The notes under the pieces: model-generated | Databases searched by the model: none | Seen by the model: only the letters and a program-made list of their open reading frames with translations | What the model was told of the DNA's origin: nothing | Made by a program: the position numbers and the translations under genes | In this document: in pieces, positions 53,279-64,000 of the stretch | How the letters are laid out: each line of letters opens with the position of its first letter | Numbering within the stretch: the first letter of the stretch is position 1 | DNA from: Phoronis australis | Taxonomy: Eukaryota; Animalia; Phoronida | NCBI GenBank assembly: GCA_002633005.1 | Contig: NMRA01000845.1 | Location: forward strand, 12,449-76,448 | DNA: 64,000 bases | Direction of reading: 5' to 3'

Positions 53279-56200
53279 ATGAGACCTTGGCTCCTTTACT
53301 ATTTCCTTTTCGTTGCAACAACGTCGTTGATTGTGAAAGGTAATCCAATTTTATATAACATACATGTAGTATATTATAGAATATTTTTTGAGCCAAACCA
53401 TTTTATGTTCCAATTTTCAATAACTGTCAACCGTATCAATGTCCCTGCACTATAGTCAAACTAAATGACTTAAGTGTTTATCACAAGCTGTGCATGTCTG
53501 CATAGAAGTGCGTTTTATCAATCGTTACACTTTTGTCACAAAGCTATGATCCCATAACAAGACATACAGCTATCTCACCCTGAATGAGGTAAAGAAGTTT
53601 TTCTAAAACCTGTCTTCTGTCATGAATATACCTGTAGTCATTTTCTTGTGAGAATTTCCGCGAGTCTTCACCAAGAAAGATCCTTCTTGGCATGTAAAGT
53701 TTGTCGGGAATATGTCAATATTTTGTCAAATTTTGTTCTGAACCTGTTTTTAACTTATTAGCGGTTATTAAAAACTGTCTCAAAATAAATGTAACGATGT
53801 GTAACTCTCGTAAACCTCTTAAACTTTGGAACAAGTTTGACATCAATTTACTAAAGGTGCTGAGCCAGCAAATGTGACTTTAGGCGAGGACACAATAATT
53901 ACGTGAAAACACACTCCCAAAAACTTCATGATTCCTTTGATGACAACTTGAGTAAGCGTTTTTGTTAAATCCTGTTTTCATCATTTGGGTAACATGAGAA
54001 TGATTCATCAGCAGTCGTCAGTGCGATGATCGGTCGAAATCTTCAAAACAGGGTTTAATGTCTTTTAAAAAACAGTTTTAGATTGCAGGTGACGCTTTTG
54101 TTTCATACCAGGCACTGCTTAGCCAATCATGTATCCTAGCCTGACCAACGATTGTTGTCGTATGGGCAGTAATGTTTGGTGATTTGATGTCGACATCTGG
54201 CCTACGCTTCAGATATCTCTGATAATCGCGCAAATGTCTTTGATATGAGAATTTTCTCCCGCAAACTCATCGGATCGGCGTTGAGTGGGAAATTTCTGCA
54301 ACTGAGTCATATAGTACCTGTCAAGAGAAGTAAAGCCAACGAAATGAAACCCTTCTTTAAAGTGGCTTAGAACGTGAGAAAACAGCCTGACTAAACTGCC
54401 TCATTTGCAGAAGCAGAAGTCAAGCTGTTCACCCGGCGTTTTACGGCTTGTTTGTGAAGATTTTGAGTTTCCTATGATATCAGAGCATTTTGATTTGCTT
54501 TCCAATTTGCATAGGCAACGCACGTTTATTTGGTATGGCAAGACATCGACACTATAGAACACTTCCTTGTATGGAAATATGAACATTATGGAAGTTTTTA
54601 GCAGCAGCCATTCCTACTTTTTAGCGTGTGCTCGCATATACATTATTAGGGGCGGGGAATTTAAAAACTGCCACAGTCCGTCTTGGGGACCTTTGCCAAC
54701 ATGACCCTAGGTTTAAAGGAGCATGCCACCCAAAAAACAACCTAATTTGTATCAATTTAGATCGAGTAGTTCTACTCCATAACGACACGTACGGTGCGTT
54801 ACCTGACACCTGACGGCAGACGGAGGTGTTGAAATTATCCAATGACGTCATCGGTTTCACACGCAGTCTGTTCAGCAGTTCACAACACGTGTTACTGGTG
54901 TCAGCTTATCGCTTGAAGTCATTGTAAATAAATCACCAAACTTCGATGTAAAACCCTTAAAAATACACCGAGTTCTTATAAAAACGTGTTGTTTGATTTC
55001 GCTGTTACGGATTTATTGGTATTTGGACACACCGTAGCCTACAAAGTTCGGCAGGCCAATAAGGTCCGCAGCAGGAGTTTGGGGTCTGTTCGGAGATAAT
55101 TTCGAGATATTTTCCGTGAGATACAGACCTGTGTTGTTTAGACTTGTGATTTTTTTAGTTCTAAACACAGAACGCTTGTTAGCCTGGCCAATGGCTCGTA
55201 GCACGATCAGGACCGTCGCGGCCGGCCGGATTGACTCGTTATCCCCGCCAGTGGCTCTGAAACTGATCAGACATCACGAACATAAACCATCCGAAGTTCA
55301 GTGGAAACTAAACTTCCAGTGGAGAAAATACTATACTAGCGAGCCAAAGTAATGTGCACCTGATTATGTTGGTGAATTAGCCACGAAACTGCAAATCTAC
55401 TTACTCGTCGGGGGCCGCGAACTCAGGTTCCGCTTTGGCCACAGCACCGTCAGGGCAGAAGTTGTACATCGACAATCATTATTTGAGTAATGTAAATGTA
55501 AATAAAGATTCCCCTATCACATGGCCGTGGGATGGAAATCGAGTTGTTTTACAACACTTTCTGCCAGCAAACAGTAAATTAGGATGAGCTCACACGGCCT
55601 ACATGTAGGTGTCCCGTCATTTAGTTTTATTGCACCTAAAGCCGGTAACGCAGTGAATTATTCATTATTGACTTCTCAAATCATTTGCACTCACGAACAC
55701 TTCAAAGGCATTACAGATTGCATCTAACGAGACAGACTTTGTTTCAGTTTTATATAGCTATTGGTTAGGGTGAGAATAATTCATTTTGAAACAGAACGCT
55801 CAGTAATAAACGCCAACATGGCAACACGCAATCCCGACTTAGTCGACGAGCTATAGCTCATTAGTCCCGACTTCGCAGGTGCATCGTTAAGTTTTACAGG
55901 CTATCAATTCGAACAGGAATACAGTGATGAAGAAATACTAGAGAAGCGCCGTGGACAAGCTCAGACAACGGAACGTATGGAGTTATTTGGTAAGCCGACA
56001 TTCGTCAGGCACTGTAGACGTCTGCAGGCCACAGACACGGAGATGTTTCACGGCCTCATACATGTACTTGCAATTTACAGCGTACATGTACATTTCATTC
56101 TTCACTACCGTGAGCCACTTTCTAAGCATTTCGGACTCTCGAGGAACTAAAAAACGATATACCCGCTTTCCTCGCAGCTGCTTATTTCGGACAAGCGGGA

Positions 56201-59200
56201 GCGATGCACCGCAACAAGGCGGCATTCACTCTCCATATAAACCACGGACGTCGCTAGCGTCGTTTCTCACCTTCCTCACACGTTAACGCGACACCTCTTG
56301 GCAAGGTAAGGTCGACCGTATGCGAGGCGATGTGGATATAGACCGATTAAGACGGCTAAAAAGACTAATTAAATCGGGTGGCTTTCTCCTTTAAATGTAG
56401 CCAACTAGTTACAAAACTATAACGATTAGTTATGTAAGAGTCGATATTTTCCGAAAGTAGAAATCTTGTTTGAAATGACCAAAATTAACTTTACTTTTTT
56501 AGCCTCATAAGGATCACTTGTCTGTTCTTAGAATGCAGCGCCATCTTGTGTTACTCCTGCTCATATACCCGGTCCGCTGACCCATCACTTACGTACGAGT
56601 GTGTCGACCAACCTCAAAACGTCACAACTGGCTCGCCAACAATCGACTGTCCAACATTCTGCAACACACAAAGACGTTACCAAGGTAAAATGTAATGTAA
56701 CTCAGGCCCGTAGCCGGGGAGTTCGTAGGGTTCGGTCAAACATCCTCGGGTAAAAGGTCCAGTCTCAGAATATGCGTAGGGTATAGATGCACAGCAGCAA
56801 CAGCAAAACCAACTAATAGAACTGTTGCAACAAAAGTTTTTTTCTGCTATTTTGTTATACTTGCTAACATAGTAAGGTTCAGGCATTTCTCAAATTTCAA
56901 AAGTGAAAGTGATTGAAACTTTAAAGAATGTTCAGGTGCGTATTCTTATTCCTCACTCGCTAGATGCAAATGGGATTGTCCGTGACGTCATCCCCGGAGA
57001 AAGGATTAAGGCAATCCCCAAATACTTCACAAATTTTAGTAACTCAACCTTGTTGACATGGTAACCATCGTCCAGATGTCGATAACGCAGACAGATCGAA
57101 CGTCGCAAAAAGCTTAGCTCTTATATAACATTAAGGTTATCTCAAATCTTATTTAGTGGCCTCCTTTCTATCTCGTATATCAAAAACCAGGTTTCGTCAA
57201 CTAGTGAAAGTATATATTTTCTGAAAGAAATAATGCCAGGGATTATAAAAATATGTTTTATTTTTATTTTTATTTGCCATTTTATTATTACGTTAACACT
57301 TTTTAATTGATAAGTTCATTTTTAAGAATGGTACACTCGTAGCAAAATATCCCCTCGGTCGAATGTGAAAACTTGTTAAATGAAACTGTCACCAGGTACC
57401 TCAAAAGCACTGTTTGAAATTTGCTATTGGATTTTTAATTTGGTTTCAAAAACAAGTTAAGTCGCAAAACGTAAAGTATTTTTTTGTAAAAATAGCATTC
57501 GTATTCGTCTTTGTTGCTTTACGCAAAAACTAGGTCTTTATACCAAAATGTCTAATAGTGTTTTTGAGATTGACGAATAAATATTAAGTTTGTAATCACT
57601 TGCAATGTCAACTGAATTTTCATTGCGTAATTAACTTAATTGTCACTTAAACGTTTTAACTTTGTACAGTACGTGGGATTTCCTGTACCTCGTGTTATCT
57701 AGGTCAGAAGGTGGAGTCAACAGTAAGTAGACCGACAGTTTATTGCATACACACCAAGCGCCGGGGAGAATGTCAAGAATCCAAGTGTAAAATGGACAAT
57801 AGAAATCGAGTCGCGATCAAGGCGCGCCGTGAGCACAAGATCGAATCAGCGAAATGTCAAATTACTCAGAAAATCATGAATTTCGGGGGGATTTATCTTG
57901 TTTAACAACTTGCTGTGTTAGTGAAAACTAAGTCACAAAGGCGGCTCAGCGACTCGGACTCGGTGCATTCGTTCTCAACGGTCGTATACATACAGACGAG
58001 CAACCCCCTCAGGATAAAAAACTGCGTTTTATCTTCGTTTTCCGCGGCACTTTTCTATGCTATGTACACCTCGTTGACTCAACATTATGGCGACTCGGTG
58101 AATCAAAAGACTGAGGGTACTTACCAAAGGGCTCTGTGCCTGGAGCAGAGAGATTCGATTTGAGTGACAACCCTCTAATTTATGACCTCGGATAGTAATC
58201 AACACATTTCCAAGGTGGTTCTGCTAAGTCTTTTTTCTCGCTACACTGTATATATATTTCGTATTTGAAGTTCCCGAGAATGAAGATAAGGGGCCTGTTC
58301 TTAAGTTTAAGATTTGTCTTAAATTCCGAACTTTGAAACTTCCACCTTCTGTTAGTTAATGAAATTAAAGGCAAAACTTACGCCAAGCATTTAATTCAAA
58401 CTTAAGATCTCTTTCTTGAATTGGTTTTGAGACAAATTTAACTTTTATTTTAAAATTTACTAAAATTTAGGATTTGTCTTAGCTAAGTCAGTTTTGTTGG
58501 AACGGGCCCAAGGTATTTTTCAAAACGTGTGCAATATTGAAAACTGCCAATGTTTATGAATAAGGTTTGAGAAATCCGTCAATACTTATTAAAGATAGTC
58601 TTTCAAGTATAGGACTTCTCAAATCCTATTTTATTTTAATCAATGAAATATCACAATCTAAATGAGTGTTTTAACTGTCCATGATTACATGTACCTCATC
58701 ATACCTGATCATCGATGACTCAAATATCGAGGTCATCCCATAAAACATGTAACGATTGCTGTTATCACATTATAGCTTGACCGTCACGTTTGGGAGAAAT
58801 GTCCGTGTAAATTTTAATGTACATTTCACTGCATATAGGTGACGTTCTGGTTAAATTATATGTATTTTACTGTTCATACTCTGAAAGACGAGACTCAATT
58901 TTTCTGCATGCGAGGGCTATCATAAACCTTCAATAATCTTATTAAAACAATGTTGAACGTTGATGATTCAGGTATCATGTTTCATCATGCCTTATATGAA
59001 TAATATGTGGAAAATTGTTTAGTAGCAATTATTTTGTCGCACCTGAACTGTCTTGTTAACATCTTCATTTTAAGTGGGTACCGGGTTGACGTCCTTTTCG
59101 AGATCATGTGCGGCTCCTTCTTCTGCAAAAATGGAAGAATGTAAAAGCGATGTTCACGGATCAACGTGTTTCACATCATGCGATTCAAGCGATCTCTGTA

Positions 59201-59328
59201 ACGGTGGTACAGGTATTCCCCCAGGATACAACGAAAAAGGAGAGAAAGTTCCAGCAGACAACTCGATGAGAGTGAACTCTAAATTTCTGATCATATTAGT
59301 AGTAACTATAAGCCGTGGCGTTTTCTAA
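53279..59328 (+). CDS. Ly6/uPAR three-finger protein with predicted GPI anchor, paralog 2. Exons 53279-53339, 56532-56684, 59075-59328; 155 aa
   Basis: MRPWLLYYFLFVATTSLIVKECSA ILCYSCSYTRSADPSLTYECVDQPQNVTTGSPTIDCPTFC...RSC...EC...CFTSCDSSDLCN...FLIILVVTISRGVF. Same first two exon sizes (61, 153) and phases as paralog 1. Confidence 0.9.
54717..56390. mobile_element. Kolobok-type deletion derivative in the first coding-region intron of paralog 2
   Basis: TTAA TSDs; TIRs AGGAGCATGCCACCC and AGGAGAAAGCCACCC. Convergent remnants: KolX-like GYQFEQEYSDEE (+, about 55900) and THAP MPPCC...KW...RVC (-, 55983-56225). Confidence 0.88.
58290..58509. mobile_element. PIF/Harbinger-like MITE
   Basis: ggggcctgttc...gaacgggccc termini around an AT-rich, partly palindromic interior. 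Confidence 0.55.
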
Positions 59329-62300
59329 ACTTCGATGTTGATGAGTTTGTTAGACTGAAGATGGGGCTGCATCACCAACACACAGTTTTCTAAAATCCGA
59401 GCGAAAAATGTATAATTCGGAAAACTTCGATTGCAATCTGTGAAGCCACATGAAACCCCATCTGTTGTTTGTGATGCGAGTTATCAATCATAACTTCACT
59501 GTTGAAAGAATGGAGTTCACCGAAAATATTTATTGTAATTTGTAATTGTCAATTTTGAGTTGATTATCGCTGCATGATTTCGCTTTATATACAGAAATGA
59601 AATATAAATTAAACATCTGAATTGCCTTCAGAATGTTTTTCTTGTCCAAAATGCAAAAAAATAAATAAATTAGGTGTTATGAAAAGTTTAGAAATTACTC
59701 AACATCGTCTGTAAATGATTTACTATTTAAATTATTCGTCAACTAACTTAAATGTATTTCTTAATACATGTAACCAAGGAACTACTTGTAAACGTGAAAT
59801 GGACATTCTTCATGAAATTCAGGTACTACCCAAACACTTCAGGCATCTTGGTGGCACTTACACGTACACTAAACTTTTAAATCTGGAGCGTTTAGGAGGC
59901 CGTAGCACGCTGTCTTTTGATGCATTGTGATCGCATGCGATTGTGGCTTTTAGGATGAAAACTGTATTGTGCTCGTTTGTTTTGAAGTACCCAGTTAGCT
60001 GCTTTGAAGACGAAAAAAACCAAAAATGATTTATGTGCAAAGTTTGTGAATTCTCTTTCTGTCAGTAATCGAAAAGTGTCTCTTTTTCATTCCGCATGTG
60101 CGATGGCAAATTTATAAGTAGCGAAATATATAGAAGACAAGCTTTTGCAAGAAGTTTCATTTGCAACGGAAATCATATGTTAAGATAAATTGGAGGTAAC
60201 CCTGTCTACGTTCAAACCATTAGACGTATCGTTGCTCCCTGACGTTTTTTAAGACTCACTCTTAAAAATATTCCCAGTCACACCGACCCGTTCATTTCTA
60301 TCAAATTCGCTTTAAATTGTCAAATGTGTACACTTCAAAATGATTAATACCTCTCTTACCCACTTTCTAATTTCCTGATATTTTACGTGCCAGAATTGAA
60401 AACAGACTTAATCACAAGATCCTTTCTGCCTCAAGTTGCAAAACATGACGTCCAGAGCATAGGAATGAGGAATGTTTCAAGTACAATGTACCAGCCAGTC
60501 AAAGTGGCCAAAAGGATCATTGGCCTCAAAAAATGTAAAACTTGTCAATAGTGAACGACCACAACAGAGGTATGGAATTTAATGGTCGATGTATGTGTCA
60601 GCGGTTTTGGCGAGAAATTTATTGTAGAAGCTTGTCTTTTGTGTTGATCACGTAATACGGAAATTATTGTTGTGTAGGGTTTGCTTGACAATTTTGTTTT
60701 TCTAGCCAAATGTCCACAAAGCATCAGATTCGAAATCAGTAAAATTATATACATGTATCCTTTAAAGTAGAAAGTCTGTAGAACTTGGCCTTTACTGTTT
60801 GTTAATCTGGCATCAGTTGGCTAACATGTACAGTTAGTAAAAGTTTGAATGAAGAATGATGAATTGGTAGCAAAACAAAAAATTCAGTAACATGTTAAAT
60901 ATGAGATCGTTTAAGAGTTTTTAAAGAAACTTGTTTACAGTTTTCTAAAATATCATTTTGTTTACATGAAAATACAGTGCAACAAGCATAATATTTGAAA
61001 ATTTCACATGTACATGTATAACCGTGTGTTCACATTCTCTGCTTGTATGCCCTTCTTCCCTCTGCCACATGTATTTCAATGTTAATTTCGCTACCTATAT
61101 GCTCATTCCATTTATTGCCTGATGGTGAGAGATAAAGTCTTGAAATATAGCCTGTGTTTTAACTTGTTTGTTTGTTGTGTCTCGGTGTTTTGCTATACAA
61201 CTGCAAAATGAAGAAAGGAGATTGCTTGGACACAACAAAAAACTCAGTGCCAAGCTGTCAAACAAAAATTTAGTCGTGTTTTTGTTTCGAAATTAGCCAT
61301 ATTTGGATATCTTTCTAGGGTTCTACCTAACTCCATTGGCGAATATTCTATTAAATGCGCTCCATCTAATCACAAAGACCATTAATGTATAAGATAAGCG
61401 ACGTCGGAATTAGCTTTATTAAACAAAGCTAAAGCATATTAAGGTGGGAAACTAATCGATGAGGGTTCACTGAACTTCATTAACTTGTCAGCACTTAGAC
61501 GATCAAGTCTTGTTTTTTGGTCAGTCTTCAAACTTTTTCCCCCGCCTCCTACCTTCCCGTTTCATAGTATTTTATTCTGGGAATGCTTTACGCCACCTCT
61601 TCATGGTTTATATTAGTGTCTCCATTTCGTGCATGTTTATGGCGGTTTTTGTGGCCCATCTTGATGTTAGAAAAAATAGTTTTATATACGTATTTGCTAT
61701 AAATGTTGTACTCTATTACTTTTTCTCACATTACCTAGACTGTGTTACGACACGACTGGTTAATAACAGCGAGTACGTAATTTTGTATAATACTTGGGCG
61801 AATCATAAATCATGAAACATAAATAATTCTTACCATTCCACAAGCGAACGGTATTCAGGGCAAGTGCAAACCTACATGTATGTCTTGTGTCTCGGAAGGC
61901 AGCCCTGTTCGCGGACTTGGCTGACATTGATCTGAGCAGGTGCTTTTAGTCGGTGAGCGCTGGTCTCAAAATGAGTCGGGGAAGAAAACAGAACCATGTT
62001 TGCTTTTGGGCCTCTATTGTCGGAGGAGAAACATTAATTTGATTTGTTGAGTTGTCTTGTGGTGAGATATTAATTTGCTAAAACGATATTATACCCTGAA
62101 GGGCTGCCGAGACCGCTCATCAAATCACAAGCATTATATTTAATCTCTTTCAATCAAAAGATCATGTCACACTCAACGTTATACTTACGCCTTTGGTACA
62201 TGTACAACGTGTTTCCTAAATACGTATTATAGTTATTATTACACGTATTATTATCATTGATGCTTATCGAAAACCGTCGACATTTACTAACAAGAATAAT

Positions 62301-62989
62301 TAAGATTTCTAGCACTCGGATATTAATATCGGCAGACTTCGGTCTCCCACAGACTTTAATCGTGAAAACGTTATCAACAGCCACAGCACTGAACAGGAGG
62401 AGAGATCAGCTTCAACCCAGCTGCATTTGTAAGTAAAACTTATAAGGAACTTCAAACTTTTCAATTGTTGATCTGCTTACTTCACACCCCCACCTTTACA
62501 TGCACGTGTATATTTAGTTTCCTGCGAGCACGGTCGGAAAGTCAGATGATATAAATTATATCTACATCACAGCAACAAACAAAATATGGCAAAATAGAAA
62601 TTCCTGAAGGCTGGTGAATTTTGCAAAATAGTAAATATGAAGCAGATATCGTACCCACAGGTTTTAGTAGCCTACTTAAATTGATTTTTTTTAATTTGAG
62701 TCACTTTTACGTTTTCAAAACCTGCGCGGTTTGAAAGTGCACTGAGAACGGCGAATTTTTCAGATACAAAAATCTTTAAATATTTTCGACATCATCGAAG
62801 AATTTGGCAAATTTTGTTGATTAAGATGTTAATTGATTTTAGTTTTTTCTTTAGTTTCTCTGACGAATGTTGCAACGTTATATTTTTAAAGCGTCGAATG
62901 TTTTTTTCAGTGTTTGAATGTTTATCCTCCTCTACGAAACAACATTATAAAAAACGAGTGATGAAACTTACAGCAATACAGCATAGAAA

Positions 62990-63340
62990 TTATTCTGAGT
63001 AACCAAAGTAACCAAGAGATACTGTAACCACTTGACTGTAATTCAAAAAGGTTAACGAAAGGTTGAAAGCTGATGTCTTTTTGTACTTTTGTACAATTTC
63101 TGTGAAAATATATATTTTGGCCAGTATGATCAGTAAGCTAACATCAAATTTTTCCATCACAGTATTTTTCAAGACTCCAAACAAAGCAGTTACTTCGGCT
63201 ACAGGCAGATCTACACAAGTTTGTTTTAGCCATTCGATGAACAGGAGCCAAAACGAGATACAAGACGACTTTCCCAAAACAAATGAAGAATGATTTCACT
63301 TTGAACATGTCATCTGCTTTTATTTAGATTTTTTTACAAG
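62990..63340 (-). pseudogene. L1/Tx1-type LINE ORF2 C-terminal remnant
   Basis: EIILHLFWESRLVSRFW followed by ALFGV...SLLIILAKIYIF. Confidence 0.6.
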
Positions 63341-64000
63341 AAGTTATTAGATCGCAATGTAGGCGGTATTGAAACCAACACAATTTCGCGTCTTTTGTAC
63401 GGATTCTTTTAAAATCGCGTGGACCCCCACACCACTCGACCTCTGGCTACGACCCCATCGACCCACGGCACACAAACACCTCGGCTCAGTCTTCACAAGC
63501 TCGACTCGATCTGAACTTAGAACAACCGCTTACTTGCAGGACCAACGAGTTGTGTCGTGAGCTCGGGTGGCTTTTCCCTGCTTTTCTGCAATTAAGAGAG
63601 TCGATTAGGCCATTTGGAGAGCCAAAAATCAGAAAAAGACAACGCAACCAAATAAAATCAAAGAATTACACCAACGTTACAAATGTCGTTCCAGGCAAAT
63701 TGTTAACGTCTCGTCTGCTTTTTAGTGAATGGCAGATTCAACATATTTTTGGGAGAGTGCGAGGAACCATTGAATACGTAATTTCTTCAGTAAGTACAAT
63801 TTGAAAAAAACAAACTGTTAACCAAAAAGTATCCCAACGTTACATGGATTATATTGTAAACGAGTATACAATAGAATGCAAATAATAAAATTGTGGAATT
63901 ATTTACATTTACTGTAATGTAGTGTACTCTCTCACTAAGTTTAGCAGAACAGGGCCGTTGGTGGCCGCTCGTGTAACTATTTCCGTGAAAACGTTAGCCT

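Noticed and set aside
62380-62440. First exon of a third Ly6 paralog (gtaagt donor near 62430)
   Set aside because: No similarity to the other paralogs and no downstream exons within the window.

Overview
This is AT-rich, intron-containing, transposon-dense animal DNA. It looks like a marine invertebrate draft scaffold, possibly lophotrochozoan (inferred from the repeat families only). It has two long N gaps and two single-N contig joins. Host genes: a tandem pair of intact 3-coding-exon Ly6/uPAR (three-finger, quiver-like) genes with predicted GPI anchors on + (34315-39138, 53279-59328) and one isolated kringle-domain exon on - (4965-5210). The rest is mostly decayed mobile DNA: hAT, P/THAP9-like, several TTAA-flanked Kolobok-type elements (one carrying a P2X7-ballast/KolX-like gene), nested Gypsy elements, RNase H-bearing LINE fragments, Polinton/Maverick capsid and protease remnants, a large nested foldback and MITEs. 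The most striking signal is strong enrichment of the palindrome TACATGTA, which appears several times as a 6-bp insertion at TA inside recognisable protein remnants, as expected for Tc1/mariner excision footprints. All calls come from manual reading; no database search was run.
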